Part shown: one piece after another, positions 26,603-36,158 of the stretch | How positions within the stretch are numbered: position 1 is the first letter of the stretch | Layout: every line of letters starts with the position of its first letter | Assembly: GCA_050012475.1 (NCBI GenBank) | Contig: JBEKHC010000041.1 | Span: 1 to 39,137 of the forward strand | DNA: 39,137 nucleotides | Reading direction: 5' to 3' | Source: Candidatus Velthaea sp. | Lineage (GTDB): Bacteria; Vulcanimicrobiota; Vulcanimicrobiia; Vulcanimicrobiales; Vulcanimicrobiaceae | The notes under the pieces: generated by a model | Seen by the model: the letters and a program-made list of their open reading frames with translations, nothing else | Database searches by the model: none | What the model was told of the DNA's origin: nothing | Made by a program: the position numbers and the translations under genes

Positions 26603-29497
26603 ATGGTGCCCCGCGGCATGGAGAACATCGCGACCGCGCTCGCCGAACCTGGCGAGCGCAAGGTCGCGTTTGCGGTCGGTGCCGCGCTCGTCGCGTTCTT
26701 CGCGGCCCTGCTGCCGTTCGCAGCCGTTCACTTGCCGGAGATCCCGGCTTTCGTTCCGGCCGTCTTCTCGGCCGCCGCCCTGGCGCAGATCCTCACCGCG
26801 ATTCTGCTCTTCGTGCAGTGGCGCATCACGGGCCTGGCCCAGCTGGCACTGCTTGCGATCGCCTTCGGCACGTCGGCGCTGACCGGCACGGCGTGGCTGG
26901 CGACCTACCCCGAGGTCTTCGCGCCGAAGGGGCTGCTCGGCGGCGCGCCGCACAGCACCGGTTGGCTGTTCGCCTTCGCGCAGTTCACCTTCGGCGCGCT
27001 CGTCATCGCGTACGCCATGCTCGATCGCTTCCCGCGCGCGATCTCGCGCCGCAATATGCGGCTGGTCGGCGGCCTCGTTTTCGGCGCCGTCATCGCCGTG
27101 ATCGTGGTGTTTTTCGCCTTGGGCGACAGCTTGCCGGCGACGTCGGTCGGACGTTCGCTGACCCCGGTCTGGACGCGCGTGCTCATCCCGTTTCTGATCG
27201 GCGAGTACGTCGTCGTGCTGGCCGTCGTCGCGTCGACGGGCATTCGGACCGTGGCCCACGTGTGGGTCTTCGTCGTCTGCAGTTGCGAGCTGCTCGAAAT
27301 CATCAGCAGCGGCTCGGTCGCCGCCGCGCGGTTCACCGTCGGGTGGTACGGCGGCCGCATCGAGCACCTCGTGTCCGCCTCGCTGCTGCTCTACGTGTTC
27401 TTCGTGAAGATCAACGACTTGCTGGTGCGTTTAGCCTCGCGCAACCGCCGTCTGACCGAACGCACCCAAGTCGATGCGGCGGCCATCGCCGAAGGCGAAC
27501 AGCGCTACCGGCTGCTCACCAACGCCTTGCCGCAGCTGATCTGGATGGCCGATCGGCGCGGCAACCTCGAGTACGTCAACGACCGCTGGACGAAGTACGC
27601 GGGCCTCACGTTGACGCAGTCGCAACACGCCGGCTGGCTCGGCGCGGTCCATCCCGACGATCGCGCGGCCGTTCGCACCCGCTGGCAACAAGCGCTCGAA
27701 GCGGGCGAACCGCTGACGCTGGAGTACCGCATCTGCGAACGGGTCAGCCAGCGGTATCGCTGGTTTCTCATCAACGCTCTGCCGATCCGCGACTCGCGCG
27801 GGGCGATCACGCGCTGGATCGCGACCAGCACCGATATCGACGCCGCCAAGCGCATCGAGGAGCGCGAATCGTTTCTCGCGCTCGTCGGCGACCGGCTGGC
27901 GGCCTCGATCGACATCGCGACGACGCTCAACACCGTCAAGGCCTTCGCGGTCCCGCAGCTGGGGGATTGGTGCCAGATCGACTTGATCGACGAAGACGGC
28001 CGTTTCGTGCCGGCCGCCGTCGCCAGCCTCAATGCGGCGGACGCCGAACTGCTCGAAACGCTGGTGGGACGCCCGGTCGAAGCGGGCACCCAGGAGGCGC
28101 TCGAGCGCATCGTCGCGCGTGGCGAACCGCTCGTGATTGCCGAACCGCACCAGTTCGCGGGCGCGCTCCCCAATCCGCGCGACTGGGCCGTGTACCGCCG
28201 CATCCGTTCATCGTCGGCGATCATCGTGCCGCTCTGGAACGGGGAATCCGGCATCGGCACACTTTCCTTGGTGTTTGCGAACGAGCGGCAGATTTCGGCC
28301 GACGACGTGGCGGTGGCGCGCGACTTCGCCCGCCGCGCGGCGCTGGCGCTCGAACACGCGCGCCTGTACGAACGCGAGCGCTCGACCGCCGACGCGCTGC
28401 AGCGCGCGATGCTGCCGGCCCAGCTGCCGATCCTCGAACACGTCAAATTCTCGGCCAGCTATTCGGCGGCCAGCGAGTCGCAGCGCGTCGGCGGCGATTT
28501 CTACGATGCCTTCGAGCTGCCCGACGGGCGCGTCGCCGTCACCATCGGCGACGTTACCGGCCATGGACTGCAGGCCGCGGTCATCATGGGCGAAATCCGC
28601 CAGGCGCTGCGCGCCGCCGCCTTCGAGCGCGCCGAACCGTCGGCGATCCTGGACCGCGCGAGCCGGCTGCTCGTCGCGAGCGGGCGCACCGTCTTCGTGA
28701 CCGCGATCTTCGGCGTGCTCGACACTCAGACCGGGCGCTTCGCCTACTCGACCGCCGGCCATCCGCCGCCGCTGCTGTTCGACGGCCGGCGCGTGATTCG
28801 CCTCAAAAGCTCGGGCTTGCCGATCGGTCTGCGCGAGGACGACGGCGTCGACTTTTCGCTCACCCTGCACGCCCCGTGCACCCTGACGCTCTTTACCGAC
28901 GGGCTCATCGAGTTCGCCCGCGACCTCGACGAAGGCGAACGCCGGATCGAAGCGGCGATTCGCGAACTCGACGGCACCGAGACCGAACACCTCGCGGCGG
29001 CCATCATGAAGCGCGTGCTGGGCGCCGACGAAGCGACCGACGACATCGCGATCCTCACCGCGACGATCCTCCGTTTCCCGCACGAAGTGGCCGGCGAGGA
29101 ACGCGAGTGGCGGTTCCTTTCCACCGATGCCCGGGCTGCCGCGTTGGCGCGGCGCGAGATCGGCGAACTCGTCGCGCAGTATCGCCCCAGCGAACGCTTT
29201 GCCGCGGAACTCGCGTTTGGCGAGTTGATCGCCAATGCGGTGCGGCATGCTCCGGGGCTCGTGATCGCCCGCTGCCGGGTCGGGCCCAGCGGCGTCGCCA
29301 TGATCGAACTCGACGACGCCGGCAGCGGGTTCGTCCCGGCGCCGATCTCGGCCGACCTTTTCGCTGAAACCGGCCGCGGGCTTGCGCTTTTGCGCCGGCT
29401 GACCGATGAGGTTGTCGTGGCGGCTGCGCCCAACGGCGGGGCTCGCGTTTGCGTGCGGCTCAATAGCGAATGCGCGGCGGTTCGCGGGTTGCCCTAA
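26603..29497 (+). CDS. Membrane sensor (MASE4-like)-PAS-GAF-SpoIIE phosphatase-HATPase_c (RsbW-like) protein
   Basis: About 8 N-terminal TMs; PAS VHPDD; GAF; LQRAMLP, VGGDFYD, GDVTGHG, FTDGL, DDIA; ELIANAVRHA, DAGSGF, GRGL. Confidence 0.88.
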   Translation: MVPRGMENIATALAEPGERKVAFAVGAALVAFFAALLPFAAVHLPEIPAFVPAVFSAAALAQILTAILLFVQWRITGLAQLALLAIAFGTSALTGTAWLATYPEVFAPKGLLGGAPHSTGWLFAFAQFTFGALVIAYAMLDRFPRAISRRNMRLVGGLVFGAVIAVIVVFFALGDSLPATSVGRSLTPVWTRVLIPFLIGEYVVVLAVVASTGIRTVAHVWVFVVCSCELLEIISSGSVAAARFTVGWYGGRIEHLVSASLLLYVFFVKINDLLVRLASRNRRLTERTQVDAAAIAEGEQRYRLLTNALPQLIWMADRRGNLEYVNDRWTKYAGLTLTQSQHAGWLGAVHPDDRAAVRTRWQQALEAGEPLTLEYRICERVSQRYRWFLINALPIRDSRGAITRWIATSTDIDAAKRIEERESFLALVGDRLAASIDIATTLNTVKAFAVPQLGDWCQIDLIDEDGRFVPAAVASLNAADAELLETLVGRPVEAGTQEALERIVARGEPLVIAEPHQFAGALPNPRDWAVYRRIRSSSAIIVPLWNGESGIGTLSLVFANERQISADDVAVARDFARRAALALEHARLYERERSTADALQRAMLPAQLPILEHVKFSASYSAASESQRVGGDFYDAFELPDGRVAVTIGDVTGHGLQAAVIMGEIRQALRAAAFERAEPSAILDRASRLLVASGRTVFVTAIFGVLDTQTGRFAYSTAGHPPPLLFDGRRVIRLKSSGLPIGLREDDGVDFSLTLHAPCTLTLFTDGLIEFARDLDEGERRIEAAIRELDGTETEHLAAAIMKRVLGADEATDDIAILTATILRFPHEVAGEEREWRFLSTDARAAALARREIGELVAQYRPSERFAAELAFGELIANAVRHAPGLVIARCRVGPSGVAMIELDDAGSGFVPAPISADLFAETGRGLALLRRLTDEVVVAAAPNGGARVCVRLNSECAAVRGLP

Positions 29498-29523
29498 CGG
29501 CGATCGTCGCCCCTGGGCATCGC

Positions 29524-30420
29524 TCAATCTTCGCCCTGGGTGGGTTGGAGCCGGCGGTCGGCGTTTTCGACGCCGAGGGTGAGTTGTTCGGCTCGTGGGG
29601 GCGGGGCCGGCGCGCTTGCGACGGCGGCCGGATAGCGAGCCCGTAACAGGTCTTCCAGCATTTCCGCGTTGCGGGCGGCATTACCGCGGCGGTGGTTGTT
29701 GAAGAAGGCGAACACTTCGCGCACGTCGGGGTTGGTAGCGATCTCGATGAGGCGGTCGGCCCATGGGCCGAGTTCATCGGCCGTGTAGTCGTAGTCGTAG
29801 CGCGTTACGTTGGTGCCTTTCCACCACGTTTTGTAGTTGCGGCCGTGGAAGCGCACGTACGCGGTCGGCGCGGTTATATCGGTGCTGGGGCGCAAGAGCG
29901 AATCGAATTGGGGCATGTCGACGTTCACCCAGCCGATGTCGAGATCGCGCAAAAACTCGAGCGTGGCGTTGGTTTGCCACTCGCGATGGCGGAATTCGGC
30001 GACGAGCGGGATATCGGGCAGCGCCTCGGCGAGGGCTTCGATGTGCGCGCGGGCGGCGTCGGTGGGATGAAAGGAATTGGGAAATTGCATGAGCGCAGCA
30101 GCCAGCGAACCGGCGGCGACGAGCGGTTCGACGTTTCGACGCAGCAGCGCGACGTCGGGATGGACGGTGCGCTGCTCGGTTTCCGGGACGTGCGTTGCGG
30201 AGCCGGGCAGTTTGACGCTGAAACGGAAGCCGCGCGGGGCACGGGCGGCCATTGAGGCGAACGTCGCTGCCGACGGCACGCGGTAGTAGGTGGCGTCGAT
30301 TTCGACTGCGGTGAACGAGCGAGCGTAGAAGTCGAGCATCCCAGCCGGCCGGAGGTCCGCCGGGTAGAACGGTCCCTTCCAGTCCGCGTACGAATAGCCG
30401 CACGTGCCGACGTGAATCAT
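29524..30420 (-). CDS. DUF72 family protein
   Basis: GTCGYSYADW, VEIDATYY, QFPNSF, EFRH, YVRFHGRN, YDY, FFNN. Confidence 0.9.
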   Translation of the reverse strand: MIHVGTCGYSYADWKGPFYPADLRPAGMLDFYARSFTAVEIDATYYRVPSAATFASMAARAPRGFRFSVKLPGSATHVPETEQRTVHPDVALLRRNVEPLVAAGSLAAALMQFPNSFHPTDAARAHIEALAEALPDIPLVAEFRHREWQTNATLEFLRDLDIGWVNVDMPQFDSLLRPSTDITAPTAYVRFHGRNYKTWWKGTNVTRYDYDYTADELGPWADRLIEIATNPDVREVFAFFNNHRRGNAARNAEMLEDLLRARYPAAVASAPAPPPRAEQLTLGVENADRRLQPTQGED

Positions 30421-30482
30421 CGCCCGCACGCTTCGCTGTGCCGTGACGGGAAACCGCGGCGCCCGGGGAGCATCCCTGAATC

Positions 30483-30625
30483 GATCGACTTCGTCGATCC
30501 TTCGCGTTCGAGCTTCGCTCGAGCCGGAGGCCGGCAAGCCCGGACGGGCTCCTAGTGGCCGGAGCACGAAGCGCAAGCGTGAGCGGGCGCGCAGCGCGAC
30601 TCGGGGTGAGTTGGGCAAGGCCCAA
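30483..30625. repeat. Cluster of short perfect hairpins (REP-like)
   Basis: GATCGAC-TTC-GTCGATC, TCGAGC-TTC-GCTCGA, AGCCCG-GA-CGGGCT, TTGGGC-AAG-GCCCAA. Confidence 0.55.
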
Positions 30626-30631
30626 GGGAGA

Positions 30632-31534
30632 ATGGGAACGGGCTTGGATGTCCTAGCGGATAGGTCGATCGCCGTGCTGGTCTTCGCGACGCTTGCGGCG
30701 GCCTGGAGTTGGCTCGGTTCGTACGCCGGGATCGTCTCGTTCGGACATGCGATATTTTTCGGGATCGGCGCGTATGCCGTGGCCGCCTCGAATTTTCGCG
30801 GCGGATCGCCCTGGTACGGCGCGCTTGGCGGAGCGCTGCTGGCGGTGGCGCTGGCCGTCGTCTGCGGCTTGGTTTTTCTGCGCGGCCGCGGGTATGTTTT
30901 TGGGCTCGTTACGCTGGTGCTCGGTGCGCTGGCCGAACCGCTGGTCGCGGCGCAGAGTTGGCTGGGTCCGCACGAGGCGTATGTTTTTCCGGTTCGAACC
31001 GGCTTTTTGAATTTGCAGTTTGCGCAGAAGTGGCCGTACGTGCTTTTGGCGTTGGCCGTGTTTGGTGTCGCGCAGGCGCTGACGTTGGGGCTGCGCTCCT
31101 CGCGGATCGGGTACTCGCTGCGCGCGCTGCGGTCTGCTCCGGATGTTGCGCGCAGCGTCGGCGTGTCGGCGCTGCCGCCGCGCTTGGCGGTGCTTGCCGG
31201 ATCGGCGTTCGTTACCTCGGCGGCGGGTTCGTTTTTCGCGCAATACACGCTGGCCGTAGCGCCGCACCTGATGTTCGGGCTGCCCCTCGCGCTGGATATC
31301 GCGCTGCTCGGCGTGGTGGCGGGTTCGGGCTCGCCGTGGGGGGCGCTGATCGCCGGACTGCTCTATGTTTCGGTGACGAGCGTGGCTCCGCTGCATCCGT
31401 CCGGCGGCCCCGGCACCGTGATCTTGGTTATCGAAGGGGCGATCGTCGTGCTCGTGGTGCTGTTGCGTCCCCAGGGGATGTTCGCGGCGCTGCGGCGACC
31501 TGCGCCGGTCGAGGCGGCGCGGGCGGCCGGATGA
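30632..31534 (+). CDS. Branched-chain amino acid ABC permease (LivM-like)
   Basis: GIVSFGHAIFFGIGAY, LRGRGYVFGLVTL, SRIGYSLRALR, LLRPQG; start uncertain. Confidence 0.8.
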   Translation: MGTGLDVLADRSIAVLVFATLAAAWSWLGSYAGIVSFGHAIFFGIGAYAVAASNFRGGSPWYGALGGALLAVALAVVCGLVFLRGRGYVFGLVTLVLGALAEPLVAAQSWLGPHEAYVFPVRTGFLNLQFAQKWPYVLLALAVFGVAQALTLGLRSSRIGYSLRALRSAPDVARSVGVSALPPRLAVLAGSAFVTSAAGSFFAQYTLAVAPHLMFGLPLALDIALLGVVAGSGSPWGALIAGLLYVSVTSVAPLHPSGGPGTVILVIEGAIVVLVVLLRPQGMFAALRRPAPVEAARAAG

Positions 31535-32259
31535 TCAGCGCGCTCAACGTCGACAAATTGCGGCTCGACATGGGCGAGTACGTGCTCTCGGTGCAGGGCT
31601 TGTCGAAGCGCGTTCGCGGGCGCCAGGCGTTAGCGCGCATCGATCTCGACGTGAAGCGCGGGGCGTTCGCGGCACTCGTCGGACCGGCGGGCGCGGGCAA
31701 GAGTTTGACCCTGGCCTGCATTGCGGGCGCAGCGAAGCCCAGTCGCGGGCGCGTGCGCTATTTCGGCTACGAAATTCGCGGGCGCGCGCAAGAGCGGGTC
31801 GCGCAGATGGGTGTCGTGCGCACGCACCAGACGCCGCAGGCGTTCGGCGACATGACGGTGCTCGATAGCGTGATCGTCGGCGCGCTGCTGCGCAACCGAC
31901 GGGTCGGCGCCGCGCGCGAGCGCGCGCGCGAAATCCTGGCTTTGATCGGGCTCGCCGGCGTCGGCGGCCGGCGTTTCGCGCAGCTCGAGCCCCTCGATCG
32001 CAAACGACTTGAACTTGCGCGCGCGTTGGCCACCGAGCCGCAGGTGCTGCTGCTCGACGATCTTGCGGCGGGTCTGGATGGAGCGGGCATCGCTGCGCTG
32101 CGTTCGGTTCTCGGCGCGCTGCGGGGGCGAGGTACGACGGTGGTGGCCGCCGCGCGCACGCTGGACCAACTTCCACTTATCGCCGACGATGTCGTGGCGA
32201 TCGACCGCGGGAAAACCGCAGAAATCGGAGCCGATGCGGCTGTTAACTTTCGCGCGTGA
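31531..32259 (+). CDS. LivG-like ABC ATP-binding protein with degenerate catalytic motifs
   Basis: GPAGAGKS, RTHQ, LELARAL present; Walker B reads LLLDD and the switch His is absent. Confidence 0.8.
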   Translation: MISALNVDKLRLDMGEYVLSVQGLSKRVRGRQALARIDLDVKRGAFAALVGPAGAGKSLTLACIAGAAKPSRGRVRYFGYEIRGRAQERVAQMGVVRTHQTPQAFGDMTVLDSVIVGALLRNRRVGAARERAREILALIGLAGVGGRRFAQLEPLDRKRLELARALATEPQVLLLDDLAAGLDGAGIAALRSVLGALRGRGTTVVAAARTLDQLPLIADDVVAIDRGKTAEIGADAAVNFRA

Positions 32260-33100
32260 GCAAGGCTCACGCTTCGGTGTCGAGGTGCCGGGCGGCATTC
32301 TGGACGTCAACGCGGCGGAGCCGCGTTTGCCGGCCTCGCTGCACGCGTATTTGTATGCTGCCGACGAGTTGCGCCCGGTGCTCGAAGCGCTCGTTGCGGC
32401 GCCCCCGGCGCAGCACGTGCTGCCGGCCAGCGGCGTGCGGTATCTGCCGCCGATTGCGGCGCCGCAGAAGATCGTGTGCATCGGGTTGAATTATCGCGAC
32501 CACGCGGCGGAAGTGAATCTGCCGCTGCCGACCGAGGTTACCGCGTTCGCGAAATATGCCAACGGTCTGGTGGGCAACGGTGCGCCGGTCGAGATTCCGC
32601 GCGAGAGCGACAAGGTCGACTACGAAGCCGAACTCGCGTTCGTGATCGGCAAGCGCGGGCGCCACATTCCTGCGGAACGCGCATATGACTATGTCGCGGG
32701 CTATACGATCGTCAACGACGTGAGTGTGCGCGACTATCAGATGCGCACCTCGCAATGGATGCTGGGCAAAGTTTTCGATACGCATGCGCCCTGTGGTCCC
32801 GTCATCGTGACCACCGACGAGATCCCCGATCCGCAAACGCTGGGCATCAGTACCACCATCGACGGCGAAGTGCTGCAGAACTCGAATACCTCGAACCTGG
32901 TGTTCACCGTGCCGCTGCTGATCGCCGAACTCTCGGCGATCATGACCCTCGAACCCGGCGATATCGTGGCCACCGGAACGCCCGCCGGGGTCGGCACGTC
33001 ACGGACGCCCAAACGCTGGATGCGGCCCGGCGAGCGGGTCAAAGTCGAGATCGAAAAGATCGGCGCCTTGGAGAACCCGATCGTTTCCGCAGCTTCCTGA
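32234..33100 (+). CDS. Fumarylacetoacetate hydrolase family protein (FAHD/HpcE type)
   Basis: KIVCIGLNYRDH, DYEAEL, NDVSVRD, GKVFDT, GTPAGVG. Confidence 0.92.
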   Translation: MRLLTFAREQGSRFGVEVPGGILDVNAAEPRLPASLHAYLYAADELRPVLEALVAAPPAQHVLPASGVRYLPPIAAPQKIVCIGLNYRDHAAEVNLPLPTEVTAFAKYANGLVGNGAPVEIPRESDKVDYEAELAFVIGKRGRHIPAERAYDYVAGYTIVNDVSVRDYQMRTSQWMLGKVFDTHAPCGPVIVTTDEIPDPQTLGISTTIDGEVLQNSNTSNLVFTVPLLIAELSAIMTLEPGDIVATGTPAGVGTSRTPKRWMRPGERVKVEIEKIGALENPIVSAAS

Positions 33101-33209
33101 CTGCTGCGGCCCACGAGCCTCGGCCGTATCAGTAACTGGATCCTGCCTGCAGGTGAAAGCACTGCGACGCCGGGCGCTGTATTGCCGCGACACGAAGACC
33201 GCAGCTTCT

Positions 33210-33926
33210 TCAGCGACCGTGCCCGCAGCGCGGCTGGGCGCTCAGTCCCAACAGCACGGCTTCGCACATCGCATCGAGCTCGTCCGGCGACGGATCGCGC
33301 CGCAGCGATATCAGCCTCGACTCGGCTCGCTGGACGAACGGCGCCAGCGCCGCCGCCGTGTCGTCGAGCGACACGCTGCCGGCGCCGCTCTCGTTGAGGA
33401 CGACCGTCGCTATCGTGATGCTTCGCGCCCGCAAGACGTCGAGTGCGGTGAGCGCGTGACTGAGGGCGCCCAAGTAGGTGCCGCAGACGACGACGGCCGG
33501 GACGGAAGCCTGCATCAGCAAGTCGAGCAGCGTGTGTTCCTCGTCGAAGGGAACCATGATCCCGCCCAAGCCCTCAACGACCGTCCATTCCGCGGGTGCG
33601 GCTCGGAAAGCGTCGCCGATGAACGCCGCGATGGCGTTGAAGTCGATCGACCGCCCCTCGAGCGCGGCTGCGGCGATCGGGCCAAGTGCGGCTCGATAGC
33701 GCCAGGGCGAGATGGCGTCGAGCCGTTCGTCCGACAACGGCTCATCAAGCGCTGCGAGTAAAAGCGCGCTATCGCTGGCGGCCAGCGTTTGCGTTGTGCA
33801 GCCCGTGACCACCGGCTTGAACGCGCGCACCGGTCGGCCCAGTCTTCGAAGATAACGGATCAGGTGCGCGGCGACGTAGGTCTTGCCGATTCCCGTTCCG
33901 GTCGCCGTGACGAACATACCGGACAT
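33210..33926 (-). CDS. bioD: Dethiobiotin synthase
   Basis: VTATGTGIGKT, FKPV, VEGLGGIMVP, YLGALSH. Confidence 0.92.
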   Translation of the reverse strand: MSGMFVTATGTGIGKTYVAAHLIRYLRRLGRPVRAFKPVVTGCTTQTLAASDSALLLAALDEPLSDERLDAISPWRYRAALGPIAAAALEGRSIDFNAIAAFIGDAFRAAPAEWTVVEGLGGIMVPFDEEHTLLDLLMQASVPAVVVCGTYLGALSHALTALDVLRARSITIATVVLNESGAGSVSLDDTAAALAPFVQRAESRLISLRRDPSPDELDAMCEAVLLGLSAQPRCGHGR

Positions 33927-33929
33927 CCG

Positions 33930-35099
33930 CTAACGCCCGAGGATGTGCTCGCGCACGATTTCGGCGAGCGACGCGACCTCGGCATCGCCGTGCAGCGCAC
34001 TGAAACACACGCGCAGCCGGGCGCGGCCTTCGGCAACCGTGGGCGGCCGGATCGGCACGATCAGAAAGCCGTGCTCCTCGAGTTCGGCCGCGGCAGCGAG
34101 TGCGCGCTCCGACGAACCGACGATGAGCGGCACGATCGGCGACTCCGCTTCGCGCAGGCCGAGCGCGCGCGAAAAGGCTCGCGCTTTCGCGAGCGGTTGC
34201 TGCGTGAGGGCCGGGTCGCGCGCGATGATGTCGAGCGCGGCGGCCGCGGCAGCCACGCACGCCGGCGGCAAAGCGGTCGAATAGATGAAGCTGCGGGCGC
34301 GATTGCGCAGCAGGTCGATGACGGGCTGCGAAGCGCAGACGAATCCGCCGTAACTGCCCAGCGCTTTGGAGAGCGTTCCAAGCTGGATGTCGACGGCGAC
34401 GGGTGCAGCGTCGACGTACGCGCTGCCGCGACCATTGCCGAGCACTCCGAGTCCGTGCGCATCGTCGACCATCAGCCACGTATCGTACTCGTGGGCGAGG
34501 GTGCTGAGCGCCGCGAGCGGTGCGCAGTCGCCATCCATGGAGAAGACGCCCTCGGTAACGATGAGCGCGTTGCGGAAGGCGGCGCGCTGCGCACGGAGCT
34601 TGCCCTGCACGTCGGCAACGTCGTTATGGCGAAAGAGCTGCAGAGTCCCGGCCGAAAGCCGCGCACCCGTCATGATACTCGAATGGCAGCGTTCGTCGAC
34701 GAGTAACAGATCTCTGGAACCCGCAAGCACCGGAATCGTGCCGATATTTGCCAGATAGCCGGAACCGAAGACGCAGGTGTCCGCGGTGCCCTTGAAGTTT
34801 GCCAGCTGCCGTTCGAGCTGCGCGAACAGCGGGTGATTGCCCGTCACCAGATACGACGCGCCGGCGCCCGCGCCGTACTCGGCGATCGCTGCGATCGCCG
34901 CAGCACGAACCGCCGGTGCGTCGCGCAAACCCAGGTAGTCATTGCCGGAGAATGACACCAGCCGACGACCGTTTCGCTGTGCGGCCGCACCGCCGAGCAG
35001 ACACGTCGGCCGCGGCCGACGAAGGCGGCCGGCGCGCTCGATTTCGGCCAGCCTTCCGGCGGCGAAGGTATCCAAGCTCGGCGCCGTCAAAGCATTCAC
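33930..35099 (-). CDS. bioF: 8-amino-7-oxononanoate synthase
   Basis: NDYLGL, SGYLAN, EGVFSMDGD, DDAHG, GTLSKA, YSTALPP, IRPPTV. Confidence 0.93.
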   Translation of the reverse strand: MNALTAPSLDTFAAGRLAEIERAGRLRRPRPTCLLGGAAAQRNGRRLVSFSGNDYLGLRDAPAVRAAAIAAIAEYGAGAGASYLVTGNHPLFAQLERQLANFKGTADTCVFGSGYLANIGTIPVLAGSRDLLLVDERCHSSIMTGARLSAGTLQLFRHNDVADVQGKLRAQRAAFRNALIVTEGVFSMDGDCAPLAALSTLAHEYDTWLMVDDAHGLGVLGNGRGSAYVDAAPVAVDIQLGTLSKALGSYGGFVCASQPVIDLLRNRARSFIYSTALPPACVAAAAAALDIIARDPALTQQPLAKARAFSRALGLREAESPIVPLIVGSSERALAAAAELEEHGFLIVPIRPPTVAEGRARLRVCFSALHGDAEVASLAEIVREHILGR

Positions 35100-35148
35100 A
35101 CGAAACGCTGCATTCGGGCCGGCGTTGCCGATCTCCTGAGGATGTACG

Positions 35149-36144
35149 ATGAGCGTTGCCCCGCCGGACGATGTGATCTCGGTCGTGAGCCGCGCGCCCG
35201 GCAACGTTCGGATGGATTGGCAGCACGCTGAGGTCGCGGCGCTTTTCGCCGCACCGTTTCCCGAACTGCTGTTCCTCGCGCAGCAAGTGCATCGCACGCA
35301 CTTCGATCCGCGCGACGTGCAAATCTCGACCCTCTTGTCGATCAAGACCGGCGGTTGTCCCGAAGACTGCGCGTACTGTCCGCAGAGCGCGCGGTACAAG
35401 ACCGGCGTGCAAGCCGAGAAGCTGCTGTCCGTGCAGGCCGTGCTCGACGCGGCCGCGCAAGCGAAGCGCGACGGCGCATCGCGTTTTTGTCTAGGGGCTG
35501 CCTGGCGATCTCCGACGCAAGCGAATCTCGAGGCCGTCTGCGCGATGATCGAGGGCATCAAGGCGCTGGGGCTCGAAAGTTGCGTGACCCTCGGCATGCT
35601 CGACGCGGCGCAAGCGCAGCAGCTCAAGGGCGCGGGGTTGGATTACTACAACCACAATATCGACACGGCGCCGAGCTATTACGGCGAAATCATCACGACC
35701 CGGTCGTTTGCCGATCGCTTGGCGACGCTCGAGAACGTGCGCAGCGCAGACATCAATGTCTGCTGCGGTGGCATCGTCGGAATGGGCGAGAGTCTCGACG
35801 ACCGAATCGGCTTCATCTTGACGCTGGCCACGCTGTCCCCGCATCCCGAAAGCGTTCCGATCAACATGCTCGTGCGCGTCCCGGGCACGCCCCTCGAAGC
35901 GAGCCCGGCGCTCGACCCGCTCGAGTTCGTGCGGACGATCGCCGTGGCCCGGATCACGATGCCCGCCTCGCGGGTTCGCTTGTCGGCCGGACGTGAAACG
36001 ATGTCGGATGAGCTGCAGGCACTGTGCCTGCTGGCCGGCGCAAACTCGATTTTTGCCGGTCCGAAACTCTTGACGACGCCCAACCCCGCAATCGAACACG
36101 ATTCGCAGCTGCTCGAGCGCCTCGGGATGACGCCCGCCGTTTGA
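35149..36144 (+). CDS. bioB: Biotin synthase (radical SAM); alternative start 35212
   Basis: [42 protein letters not shown]. Confidence 0.97.
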   Translation: MSVAPPDDVISVVSRAPGNVRMDWQHAEVAALFAAPFPELLFLAQQVHRTHFDPRDVQISTLLSIKTGGCPEDCAYCPQSARYKTGVQAEKLLSVQAVLDAAAQAKRDGASRFCLGAAWRSPTQANLEAVCAMIEGIKALGLESCVTLGMLDAAQAQQLKGAGLDYYNHNIDTAPSYYGEIITTRSFADRLATLENVRSADINVCCGGIVGMGESLDDRIGFILTLATLSPHPESVPINMLVRVPGTPLEASPALDPLEFVRTIAVARITMPASRVRLSAGRETMSDELQALCLLAGANSIFAGPKLLTTPNPAIEHDSQLLERLGMTPAV

Positions 36145-36158
36145 ATTCGCACCCGGGC

